Shown: positions 25,740 through 36,761 of the stretch, piece by piece
Layout of the letters: every line of letters starts with the position of its first letter
Position numbering within the stretch: the stretch's first letter is position 1
Assembly: GCF_000143415.4 (NCBI RefSeq)
Contig: NW_003314303.1
Span: 434,460 to 498,459 of the forward strand
Direction of reading: 5' to 3'
DNA length: 64,000 nucleotides
DNA from: Selaginella moellendorffii
Taxonomy: Eukaryota; Plantae; Lycopodiophyta
The notes under the pieces: model-generated
What the model was told of the DNA's origin: nothing
The model's input: the letters and a program-made list of their open reading frames with translations, nothing else
Database searches by the model: none
Made by a program: the position numbers and the translations under genes

Positions 25740-26911
25740 TTATCGTTGCATCTTGGGAAGCCTGATCGATCGTTTGGAGCCTGGAAAGATCTGCGAGGAG
25801 ATTCTGGATTGAGGCGCCGCTACCTCTGGCTCCGGTCCTGATGCTGTGCTTGTTTTCATGGGATTGATCGTGGTTGTCACTCCGCCAACCGGGACCGGGG
25901 CGAGGATGTTTTGGATGTTTTGGCAATGCTTGAGCGCTGTCCATCTCTCCTCGAGCTTCTTCCCGCAATCTTTCATGTCGTTGATTGTCGGGGGATTGTT
26001 CTTGACCTGGAACCGTTCTGTGAGAACGGCCATCGATGGATCGATCTTACGCTGGAGTAAACGTCTGTTGAATCCTCGAGATAGCTCCTCAAGCATTCCA
26101 CATCCTCTAGAAGCGCGTCCTAGAGATAGATCGATTCGAGTTAGCATAAAAATCTCCAAGAAAAAACAGAAGATCGGTTTCTTACATGCTCCGCGGCGAA
26201 TGCGTGGTGGAGGCGATCGTTGATGGCGTCGATCCCTGAGACATTCAAATGCGGCGCCATTTTCCTCACGATCAGCGATGGATCCATTGCGACCTTCCTG
26301 AGAACTGGATGATCGTCGCCGCGGGAGAAGATTTCACTTCGGCGAGGGGGAAACAGCGAGGGGTTGCCTTTCTTCTGCTTCTCCTGGATCGCATTCTTGC
26401 TCATCACGTAATCCAGCGTGCTCTTGCACCGGCCGTGAAGCGATAGCGGATTCTTGGCGGATTTCCTGGGAGAAACCTGGTGATCGGCCTTGGCGGCAAC
26501 AGGAGGAGACGAGCAAGAAGGGCCAGATCCCTGATCTACCGCCTGGGATCGAGAAGGAGAAAGATCGCCAAGCCCTAACGCCAGAGATTGCGACTGCTGC
26601 GCTTGCGCCTCGCAAGAATCGGTGGCCTGGATGTGCTCCACCAGGATCTTGATCTCCTTCTCCAGCATTTGCCTGGCAGGGGTATCCAAAATCTTGTGCG
26701 ACGCGACCTGGCGTTGCATGTCCTCGTCCACAAACTGGAGAATCTCCTCGTAGGCCACCGCTTCCCGAAAGAGCACCTCATTCTCCTCGATCACGGCCGC
26801 GCCAATGCTCTTGCGCACAACATCGCGCTCCCCTGGATTGAGCAGCGCCGCAATCTCGTTCCAGAGCAAGGATCGAACGCGGCGAAACGGCAAGCGACGA
26901 GGATCTTCCAT
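25740..26911 (-). CDS. CCDC24-like coiled-coil protein (3 exons)
   Basis: SLLWNEIAALL..ERDVVRKSIG, HLNVSGIDAINDRLHHAFAAEH|DALLEDVECLRSYLED and PTINDMK resemble conserved blocks of animal CCDC24 as I recall them. Confidence 0.7.
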
Positions 26912-27006
26912 GCTAGCCAGAAACGAGGGGAAAACAAACAGTGCTTAGGTTTGAAAAAAAATGCCTTCGTTGGAAAAAGAGAGGGAGGGAATAGAGCAAA
27001 TGGTTG

Positions 27007-27079
27007 CGCCGCCCGTGGGGCTCGAACCCACGACCACAAGGTTAAGAGCCTTGCGCTCTACCGACTGAGCTAGGGCGGC
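27007..27079 (-). tRNA. trnK-CUU: tRNA-Lys (CTT)
   Basis: GCCGCCCTAGCTCAGTCGGTAGAGCGCAAGGCTCTTAACCTTGTGGTCGTGGGTTCGAGCCCCACGGGCGGCG folds as a full cloverleaf with A and B boxes. Confidence 0.97.
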
Positions 27080-27129
27080 AAGCTTGTGCTCTTGATAATG
27101 GTTTCCTTCATATAAACGAAAGACAGCAT

Positions 27130-29299
27130 TTACTTTTTAAAGAGAGAAGACAATGGAATGCGGCATTCCTGAGAACCTGAGCCTTGGAGGCACTTGCAAA
27201 AGCTTTCGCCGTCTCGAGGAATAGCCTCTGGCAATGGACGATCTGGAGAAACACCAACCTACGTATGAAAGAGAAAGAATCACGTAAACTTTGAAAAAAC
27301 TGTAAGAAACTTACTTTGTCAATGTCAATCTTGTCCGGCGTTTGGTATCGAGCAGTAGTAACAACAAGCCCAGAGCCATCTGATAGTTCAAACACAGACT
27401 GGATCTTCCTGGCAAAGAGAAAGGCGAGAGTTGGAAAACAGCTATAAATGAAATCCATGCCTTCGTACCCCTTGCCAAACGTAGGCTCGCCGAGAACAGT
27501 AGCTCGATCGTTGTCTTTGAATGCTCCAGCGAGAATCTCACTCGCACTGGCAGTTCCTTTGTTCACCTGAGAGAAAGAAGAAGTTGAAAACTCAGAAAGA
27601 TCGTTTTTATACCAGTAGAGCCAGAGGTTCTGAAGGAGCTATGGCACTACCACCGTCCGCCTCGTAAATGTCTCGTATCCCTCTGTTGTCAGCGATGTAC
27701 ACGATAACTCCCTTGTCCAACCTAGAAAAACGTTTGGTTTCTACGCAAAGAAGGGCTACTGCAAGAAACTTTACCACATTTTTGCAATGTCGATCACGGC
27801 AGGGAAGTATCCACCGCTGGAATCAAAAGCCCGCTGTGAAAACAAAGATAAGTGAAATGCATACCCGTTGTTTCGGATGTCAAGCACGTAACCAGACGCC
27901 CCGCTTTTGTGCAGTGCCTCCAGCGCCTGCTGTACAGCACCTACAAGCGATGCGTTAAAATTACAAACAGGATTGGGAGAATCACTTACGAACTGAGTTC
28001 TGGTTAAATGTTGACAAGCGGATGTATCCCAGCTTTTGATAGGAACTGACTTCGCAGAGCTTCCACGTCACGGGATTGACGACGATTTTTTCTCTTCTGA
28101 ACGACAAACCATGTCAAACATCAAGAACTCAAGCCAAAACACGTACGTCAATGTCATCGTGTTCTCCATTCTGCTTTCTCTGTCGAGCACAGTCAGTATG
28201 ACGGATGAGTTCTCCGGACCCCTGCACCCATAGCCGGTGTCTCACTGAAAGCAAAAGATAAACAAGACAAACTTACTGGAGTTTTTTAGCAGCATCGTAA
28301 AGGCTCAAGCCTCCAACCTTCTCTCCATCGATCTCTAAAATAACATCTCCAGGCTGAATGCCTGCTCGAGCAGCAGGACCTCCGGCCACGGGCGTCACAA
28401 CTACAAGTTCGTCTGGCAAGCCGCTCGAGTTAGCGTCAAATCCAACTTCCAAGCCCACTCCCGTCAAAGCACCCGTAGTGCCAGACTGCCTACACAGCAA
28501 GAGCTCGGGAGTCAGGAGACGATCATCAGCGCTGCAACGTTTTAGCAACAAAACAAGCTGCTCACCACCAGGCTCTTAAACTTTTCTGGCTCCAAAAACC
28601 TCGTAAAGGGATCGTCCAAAGTTGCAAGCATCTTGCGAATAGCAGCATCTAATCGGAATAAGCCAAGAAAGTCAGTAGATGAGAGAATCCAGAAGCAAAA
28701 TACTCACACGTTTCTTCTCTGGTATTCATGGGCTCGTTCCGAAGCACATTTTCGCGATATCTAAACCAGCTTTGTCCGTTGAAGCTCTTGTCAACGTAAG
28801 CCCGATCGATCGTTCTCCATGCTTCCAAGAACAGCAAATTCTCCTCCGTAAGAGCCCCTAGGAAATACCGAGAGAAAAATCAATCCAAAAGCCATAGAAA
28901 AGAAGAACTTTTCAAGGGAAAAACACTCACAGGCGGAGAGATTGTTTGGTACCGAAGCGATCAACGCAATGCTCAAGGCAGAAGTTACTAAGAACAGCAG
29001 CCACTGTCTCCTTCTCAGCCTATCGATGTGATACGTAACAATCTCGAATCTTAGCAGCTTTCGTCCCCATACACAAGCTCGAGAAGCTGCTTCTTCTGAC
29101 AAAACCTTTACAATTCTCAGCCTCTCACGGTTTCTCAAGCTAATCTTCTGTCCCCTCGCGAATATTGCCCCCTGCAAGACAAAAGAACACGCAATGCGGC
29201 CCTGATTTCGAGATTTCCCATTGCATCATTGCCTACCTTGCAGAGTTGGAGCCGAGCGCCTGGCGCGGCGGCAGGCGCCTGCCATATCCCGGTCGCCAT
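27130..29299 (-). CDS. CtpA: Chloroplast C-terminal processing peptidase (D1-processing, S41 family), multi-exon
   Basis: [28 protein letters not shown]; PDZ ([20 protein letters not shown]); [11 protein letters not shown]; [14 protein letters not shown]; GEPTFGKG. Confidence 0.95.
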
Positions 29300-29407
29300 A
29301 GCCGGAAGGAGCCCTAAAACTGTGGGCAAAAAATTTGAATTTTTGTGGGCAGAGTTTAGGGTTCTTGGGTTTAGGGCTTGTGGAGAAGAAGAGAAGAAGA
29401 GGCGGCA
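29300..29407. promoter_or_regulatory. Very short divergent intergenic region (CtpA/RPB5) with telo-box-like motifs
   Basis: Divergent ATGs at 29299 and 29408; CCCTAAA and TTTAGGG motifs on both strands. Confidence 0.6.
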
Positions 29408-30176
29408 ATGGCGCAGCTGGATGACAGCACGAATCGGCTCTACAGGATCCGGCGGACGATCATGCAGATGCTGCGCGACAGGGACTACCTGGTGGCCGAT
29501 TACGAGGTATCGCTCACCAAGGAGCAATTCAGGGACAAATTTGGGGACGAGCCCAAGCGCGACGATCTTGTCATCAGCAAGGCCAAGCGCTCAGACCAGT
29601 CGGACCAGATCTTCGTCTTCTTCCCGGAGGAGCCCAAGGTGGGGGTGAAGACGATCAAGACGTACGCCGAGCGCATGAAATCGGAGCTCGTGTTTCGCGC
29701 GATCATGGTCGTCCAGACGAGTCTCACGCCATTTGCAAAGCAGTGCCTGTCGGAGATGGCTCCAAAGTACCAGATCGAGGTGTTCCAGGCAAGTGTTCTT
29801 CCCGGATAGAGTGTTCTTCCTGGATAAGTTTTCTTCTCTAATCTTTCTTCGTTCTTTTTTCTTCGTTCTTCCAGGAAGCGGAGCTACTGGTGAACATCAA
29901 AGAGCACACTTTAGTGCCCGAGCACCAGGTTCTCTCTGCGGAAGAGAAGAAAACTCTGCTCGAGCGTTACACTGTCAAGGAAAGCCAGGTAACTCATACT
30001 CGCTCTCGTTGCTCGCCTTGATCGATTAACCATTCTTTTGCTCGTGACAGCTTCCTCGTATGCAGGATCGCGATCCAGTGGCTCGATACTACGGTCTCAA
30101 GCACGGCCAAGTCGTGAAGATCATCCGGCCGAGTGAGACTGCCGGACGATACGTGACTTACCGCTACGTTGTTTGA
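29408..30176 (+). CDS. RPB5: RNA polymerase shared subunit RPB5 (3 exons; first intron GC-AG, 29789-29874)
   Basis: [76 protein letters not shown]. Confidence 0.97.
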
Positions 30177-30334
30177 GGCAAGAGTAAGAGTGGTCTGGTC
30201 TTTTAACATTGATGGCCTTCTGCTGTGCTAGAAACAAAGGAGTATAGAATGAGAGAAGCTACGAACTAAGAAAGCTAGAGTCATCGAAAGGATCCATATA
30301 CTTTGGGAACGATCGCTCTCGCTTCACACAGCGC

Positions 30335-30828
30335 CTAAGTCGCCGATTTCTTGGCGAAATGTGGGCTGAGGAGTCCTGGGATTTCGGTCATGTCGATCCG
30401 ATCCTTGCAGCTCAGGAACTGCTTGAGCTTCTCGTCGGGCAGGATATTCCTCTTCTTCTCTGGGTCCTGTGGAAAAAACCATTCGATCATTGATAACGAA
30501 AAAGCTATGAAAAATCTTCCATTTATCTGAGAAGAAGAGAGAGAGAGAGGAGAGGAAGAGACCATACCTGGAGATTGTGGCTTTTAATGTAGACCCACAT
30601 CTGCTTCATCGCATCGATCCTCGACATTTCCTGGAGTCCGAAGAACTTCCTCCCAGCGGCGGAGATTGGCACCACCAAGTTCAAGCCCCCGGCGGCCTTG
30701 CGCCCCTCGCCGCCCGCCGCCGCCGCCGCTACTGCCGTTCCTGTCCCGGCCTTCTTGGCCGCCGCCGGCGCCGCCGCCCTGGCGAGCTTCACGGCCTTGG
30801 ATGCCGCCGAACCAGACGCGGACGCCAT
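30335..30828 (-). CDS. Stand-alone SWIB/MDM2-domain protein (organellar nucleoid type likely), 2 exons
   Basis: Ala-rich leader, then GGLNLVVPIS...SRIDAMKQMWVYIKSHNLQ|DPEKKRNILPDEKLK...GLLSPHF. Confidence 0.88.
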
Positions 30829-31014
30829 AGCCACGAAGAACACAAGACGCGCAAAACCCCAAAACCCTGAAACGCTGTGCTAAGCGAGGAAGCTGGCTAT
30901 CAAAGCACTAAGTAAATATGACATATCGCCTGCCGTACATCTCTCCCGGCTTTCGGCCAGGGGCCCATTACCATTCCGGACAGCCTTGGAATAATGCTAG
31001 CATCTTTTTGAAAT

Positions 31015-32374
31015 TCAAAAATTTAGCGCGGCGATGGCGCGGAAGAGCTTGCTGGTGAGCTCCTCGCCTAGAATCGCGTTTAGGGCTCGATTCACCATGA
31101 TCGATGGCGGCTTCCCCACCAGCGTCGCGCGCGGTAGCCATTCCATGAGCTCCGGGGCGAAGGCTCGGTAAGGAAGCCAGGAAGAGTACCAGCTTGGGAC
31201 GATCGCGTGGCGTTTCCTCGAGATGCTGGCGTCCACCACGGCCTTGGCGGCGTCCCCGCTCGGTATCATCGGCCACCACCATGGTATGTGCCCCTGGAGG
31301 ACGTAGGGTTTGAGAGAAAAATAATGAAACGAAAAAGTTCTTGGCGTGATTGGATTTGTACCTCTGCGTGGGCTGTCATCTCCGATGCTACGAAGCCCGG
31401 CATTACGATTGTGATGTCGATCAATCGACCGATTGGTTCAGTGCGAAGGGTGTCGAAGAACTGGACCAAGGCAGCTTTCGCGGCCTGGAAAGGAAAAGCT
31501 TACATAGTTGTAGATGGTGCCAAGTAAAATTGGATGAAAGTTTCATACGTTGTATGGAGCCTGGCGAGGATATGGACAATAGGCTGCGACTGATGCTACC
31601 ACCACCAGCTGACCTTTGGCTCGCGCGAGATGTTCCAATGCATGCTTTGTGGTGAGCACGGCCCCCAGGAAATCGACGTCCTGGAATTTAATCAGGGAGA
31701 AAAAGTAGCGCAGAAGAAAAAAAAAACGATTTTTTATACCATTGTTTGTCGAAAGCTGCCAGTAGTTTCATAATCCTCAAAAAGTCCGCTCTCGGCCATG
31801 CCAGCATTGTTGACGAGAACATTAACTTCAATGCAGTAAAAAGTTAGCAAAGGAACTTGAGTAGAAAACATCGACAAAGCAGAAGAATCTAACAAAAAAA
31901 TGGAAGGAAGAAATACCTCGACCAAATCTAGAAACTGTGAACTCCACGATGCGTCGGCAATCGCATTCCTTTGTGAGATCAGCTGGACACACGGCTGCGT
32001 CCATAGCTCCAGCCTCCAAGCACGCTTCCGCCACTTCTCTTAGCTTGTTCTCTCTTCGTGCCACCAGCACCAGCCTTGCACCATATCTTGCGTACTCCAA
32101 AGCTATGAACTGCAAGCCCAATCACAGGGAGAAAGAAGTTAGCTTCCATCCGCGAAAAAAAAATAACAAAACTTACGCTGCCGATTCCAGACGAAGACCC
32201 CGTAACAATCACCACATTGCCTCTAATCGTCTTGGAGCTCGTGAAAGCGCTGCGGATCTTACGAAACCCCACCATGCAAGGCACCACCAACGGAAATATC
32301 ACAAGCAAAAACGCAGCCGCGATCCAGCCGAGGAACCACCTTACCGCGACCTTGACACCAAAGTCTATGTCCAT
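31015..32374 (-). CDS. Short-chain dehydrogenase, 11-beta-HSD/steroleosin-like, multi-exon
   Basis: Hydrophobic N-terminal anchor with prolines, VTGSSSGIG, LVNNAG, catalytic YNAAK, FFDTLRTE, MPGFVASEMT. Confidence 0.9.
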
Positions 32375-32453
32375 CGTCGGAGCGAAAGGAAGACTCTCCC
32401 TTCTCAAGCACATATAGTCTCTTTTTCACGCATGCAAACATGCATGGCCGGCT

Positions 32454-34316
32454 TTAGCTCCCTATAGATCCTGCGAGACCTTTATCGGCATAGCTACATT
32501 CGTTCTTCCTCCTCCTCGACTTTGGGCTCAAGCTTCTTTCTTTCAGCTTCTTTCGCATGGCTCTCGAGTACTTGCTCGTAGCGGAGTAAATGTTGGCCAG
32601 CGTCAGGTAAGATGCTGCATTCTCCGGCTCCAGCTCCATGAGCTCGTTCGCTGCTCGGGCACCGCAGTTGGGATCTCTGTGAACTCTACAAGCCGCGAGA
32701 AGGGCCGCGTAAGTGACCGAGTCGGCACGGAAAGGCATCCGCTTGACGAGCTCTTCCGCAACACCCAGCAATCCCACTCGACCGAGAATGTCTACCATGG
32801 AGCAGTAGTGCTCCACTCCAGGCGAGAGATCGTGATCTTCCTTCATCGAGTTGAACTGCTTCCACGATTCCTCCAAGAGCCCGAGGTGGCTGCAAGCGTT
32901 GAGGATGCTCATGAAGGAGATCTCGTCGCGACGAACACCCTCCAGATCCATGCTTCGAAACACGTCCACCGCCCCGGTGTTGTAGCCCGCGTGAGCGTAA
33001 ACTCCGATCATGGCACTCCAAGACTTTACGTTCTGCTCCGGCATCATCTCAAACAAGTTCTTGGTTCTCTCAATCAGACCAAGTTCCGAGTAGGCTGAGA
33101 GCATCGCGTTCCACGAGACTAAGTTTCGTTCCGGCATCGTTTCAAAGACCTCTCTCGCTTCTCTCAAATGCCGGCTCTCGGCAAATGCAGTAAGCATTGC
33201 GGTCCAAGAGACAACGTTTCTCTCTGGCATTTTTTCAAAGAGAGTTTTAGCCTCATCCAAGAAGAAGTTCTGCGCGTACATGGTAAACATTGCTGTCCAC
33301 GAGATAACGTTCTGCTCGGGCATAGAATCAAACACCACCCTGGCCTCCTCTAGACAAGCGCGCTGCGCAAACGCGCCAACCATCAAGGTCCACGAGCCAA
33401 GATCACGCTCCTCCATAGTATCAAACAGCACCTTTGCGGATTCAACATTGCCACCCCGGGAGTAAGCCATGATCATCGTGTTCCAAGTCGTGACGTTCCT
33501 CTCGACCATTTGGTCGAAGATCGCCCGAGCCGCGTCGAGATTCCCTTCCTGGACGTGTGCCTGGATCATCATGTTCCACGACACGACGTCACGATTCGCT
33601 CGCTCATCGCCCACAACCGATTTGAAGAAGGATTTGGCCCCTTCCAGATGCCCGTGCTGGACGTAGGCCTGCAGCATCGAGTTCCAGAGAATCCCATCCT
33701 TCTCCGGCATGCTCTCGAAGACGAGCTTGGCATGATCGATTCGTCCGGCGCGAGCGTAGGCCTGGATGATCGGCGTGCACGCCACCGCGTCCTTGTCGGG
33801 CATCTCATCGAACAGTCTCTTTGCAGACTCCAAATGCCCAGTTTGAGCAAATGCTGATATCAAAAGAGTCCACGACACAAGATCTCTTTCCGGCATCGAG
33901 TCGAAGAGCTCCTTGACGCGCTCGACGTCGCCCGCGCGAGCATACGCAGTCATCATCGCGTTCCATGACACAAGATTGAGCTCGTGCATCGAGTTGAAAA
34001 CCCGCCGCGCTTCTGTCACCTGTCCGTTGTGCGCGTAGGCGGTGAAGAGGATGTTCCACGAGAAAGTGTTGGGCTGCTCGATCGCGTCGAAGACACGCCG
34101 CGCCTCCTCCAGGCTGCCGCATCGCCCATACATTTGGACTGCCAAATTCGCCAGGTACTTGTTCTTGCGGAGCTTGGGGCTGCGCTGGATGATCTCCTCG
34201 ACGACAAATTTGCCTTGCGCGAGATCTCTGGAGCCGCCGCACTGCCGCAACCGAGTTGCGAGCTCCTCCACCGTCTCTGTATCGATCGCAGCGATCGCCA
34301 AGGAGGAAGAACACAT
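32454..34316 (-). CDS. PLS-class pentatricopeptide repeat protein with E-domain, no DYW
   Basis: Single exon with many short (~31-aa) 'ARxxFDxMPERxVVSW' motifs, then [18 protein letters not shown] and LLAACRVH...[10 protein letters not shown]. Confidence 0.95.
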   Translation of the reverse strand: MCSSSLAIAAIDTETVEELATRLRQCGGSRDLAQGKFVVEEIIQRSPKLRKNKYLANLAVQMYGRCGSLEEARRVFDAIEQPNTFSWNILFTAYAHNGQVTEARRVFNSMHELNLVSWNAMMTAYARAGDVERVKELFDSMPERDLVSWTLLISAFAQTGHLESAKRLFDEMPDKDAVACTPIIQAYARAGRIDHAKLVFESMPEKDGILWNSMLQAYVQHGHLEGAKSFFKSVVGDERANRDVVSWNMMIQAHVQEGNLDAARAIFDQMVERNVTTWNTMIMAYSRGGNVESAKVLFDTMEERDLGSWTLMVGAFAQRACLEEARVVFDSMPEQNVISWTAMFTMYAQNFFLDEAKTLFEKMPERNVVSWTAMLTAFAESRHLREAREVFETMPERNLVSWNAMLSAYSELGLIERTKNLFEMMPEQNVKSWSAMIGVYAHAGYNTGAVDVFRSMDLEGVRRDEISFMSILNACSHLGLLEESWKQFNSMKEDHDLSPGVEHYCSMVDILGRVGLLGVAEELVKRMPFRADSVTYAALLAACRVHRDPNCGARAANELMELEPENAASYLTLANIYSATSKYSRAMRKKLKERSLSPKSRRRKNECSYADKGLAGSIGS

Positions 34317-34409
34317 CACATAAGAATGCTTGCATTGTTAGATTAAAGGGCTATAAAGCAGCTCATCTTTCCAATTTAGGGTTCTTGGTTTTAGGGCGAA
34401 GGAGCGGGA

Positions 34410-36452
34410 ATGTCGTCCGTGTACGTGCTCGAGCCTCTCACCAAGGGGAAGGTGGTCCTCCACACCTCCTCCGGGCCTCTGGACATCGAGCTCTGGGCCA
34501 GGGAAGCTCCGCAAGCTGTAAGTTCGTGAGATTTCTCATCGATTTTGTGCTTGACAATGCGAGCGTTTCCTATCGCTTCCAGACCCGGAATTTCGTCCAG
34601 CTCTGTATGGAAGGCTATTACAACAACACATTGTTCCACCGAGTGATTCCAAGCTTTCTTGTTCAAGGGGGCGATCCCACGGGCACTGGCAAAGGTGCGT
34701 TCTTTTAGTTTCTTCTTGTGTTCTTAGTATTCGTTTGTGGAACTTAGGTGGTGAGAGCATCTACGGAGAACCTTTTCCCGACGAGATTCACACGCGATTG
34801 AAGTTTCGACATCGAGGTTTTGTTGCCTGCGCAAACGAGGGAAGGCCAAACTCGAATGGCAGCCAGTTCTTCATAACTTTGGATCGCTGCGACTGGATCA
34901 ATGGCAAGCACACGATCTTTGGAAAGGTTTTCTTCTTCTTTTTTCTGTTGTTGTAGATGTTCTCAAGTGAGTTACAGGTAACGGGAGATACGATTTACAA
35001 TCTGTTGAAGATTGCAGAGTGTGATCCTGACGAAGATGACCGGCCGACAGATCCTCACTCTGTACTTTCCACTGAGGTGAATAAGTGTGATCTTTACTCT
35101 TTTATTTGTTTTCTCCTTTCAGGCTCATGAAGGTTCTTCCAGGTCGTTTGGAATCCCTTTGATGATATTGTACCGAGAAAACTTCACAAACCTGTGGATA
35201 AGTCCGGAGCCAAGACAGAAGAAAAGCCAGTCAAGCAGAAAAAGTAAGATCAGATTTGGAGCTCTTGTTTGGTTCTCAAGATTTTTGCTGTATTCAGGAG
35301 ATTAAATCTATTGTCTTTTGGTGAGGAGGCTCTTCAGGAAGATGAAGAAGCGTCTGTCATCAAGGAGAAAATAAAAAGCAGCCATGATGTTCTGGATGAT
35401 CCGCGATTGCTGAAATCTCAGGTCCCTGGTCCCGAAACTAAGGTACGTGCTTTGGACTTCAACGCTTTTTTGTTTAGATTTGGAATCTCGTATCACACAT
35501 AGGAGGACAAACAACGTGAGCTAAGTGCAGTTCGCCAAGCCTTGGCAAACAAGAACCCTTTACCCGCACAGGAGGAAGAAGATGTTGCGAGTGATGGGGA
35601 AGACCAAGATCAAACTTTCGACGAGAAGATGAGGCAAAAGCTTCTTGAAAAGAAGAGGCTCTGGGATCCTCAACAAGAAACAAAAGGTACAACAAGATTT
35701 TCTTAAAAGATTTTTGTGACTAGCAGCGGATTGTTTGCTTTTGCAGCTAAAGCGGTAGCAGAAAACAAAAAGTACGTATCTGATAGTTTTCTCCCCGAAT
35801 CCTCGTTCTAAACGCTTCTGGCTGAGCAGATCCAAGGTCATCCAAAAACCGGAGAAAGACGATGACGATGACGAGGACGAGGACGAAGAGGAGGAAGAGA
35901 GTGACATAAGGAAAGACAAACTAGTGATCAAGAAGCGGGGATTGGGATCAGAAGCAAGGGCAGAGATAGCGCTCAAGACCGACGTCGAAATGCAGCTTCT
36001 AACTCCCCAAGAGCAACGACGGCAAAAGGTTAAGCAACACAAGCGGAATCTCGGCAGTCGGGAAGAAACAGTACGTGGTCTCGTTCACAAAACTTCTCCA
36101 TTGCTTACAATCTTTTGTTTTCCAGACAATGGCCTTGCTGGATAAGTTTCGGGAGAAGCTTTCCAGTCACAAAGCAGCCGAGCCTGACAAGGACGAAGCG
36201 TCGGATATTTTGAGTCACAAGCTCAAGTTCGAGCTGGACAGAAAGGTGAGAGCTCTAGACATATAGTTTGTGTGATATCGTGACGATGGTCTCTTTGTCC
36301 GCTCAACGCAGGATAAAATGGCCAGGAAGGAAGCGCTCGACCACTACGTAGTTGTGGATCCTTTGTTAGAGAAAGGCAAAGAGCAGTTTAACAAAATCCA
36401 GGCCAAGATGAAGAGACGCAACCGCGAATGGGCCGGAAAGTCCTTCACTTGA
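34410..36452 (+). CDS. CWC27: Spliceosomal cyclophilin CWC27/CYP57-like, multi-exon
   Basis: [83 protein letters not shown]. Confidence 0.92.
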
Positions 36453-36576
36453 AAGTCAGATGTCTGTAATTTAAAACCTTTGTTGTAAATATTTTAAAGT
36501 GTGATTTGTAAATATTATTCAAAAATGAAAACTATAGTTGTTTAAAAAGTAGATAAAAATTAATAAAGACAGAGTT

Positions 36577-36659
36577 TGCTGGCTGTGGGGTTCGAACCCA
36601 CGCACACTGTGTGTAGATGATCTTAAGTCATCCCCCTTAGACCACTCGGGCAAACCAGC
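36577..36659 (-). tRNA. trnL-UAA: tRNA-Leu (TAA)
   Basis: GCTGGTTTGCCCGAGTGGTCTAAGGGGGATGACTTAAGATCATCT...GGTTCGAACCCCACAGCCAGCA; long variable arm; anticodon TAA. Confidence 0.95.
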
Positions 36660-36761
36660 CACGCTGTGATTTTGACCGCTTTAAATTGTCACGTAGGTTC
36701 TTATATGCTGACCATCTAAGTCTCGACTTTGGACAAAGCTTGGAATATGGCCAAAAGAGAT

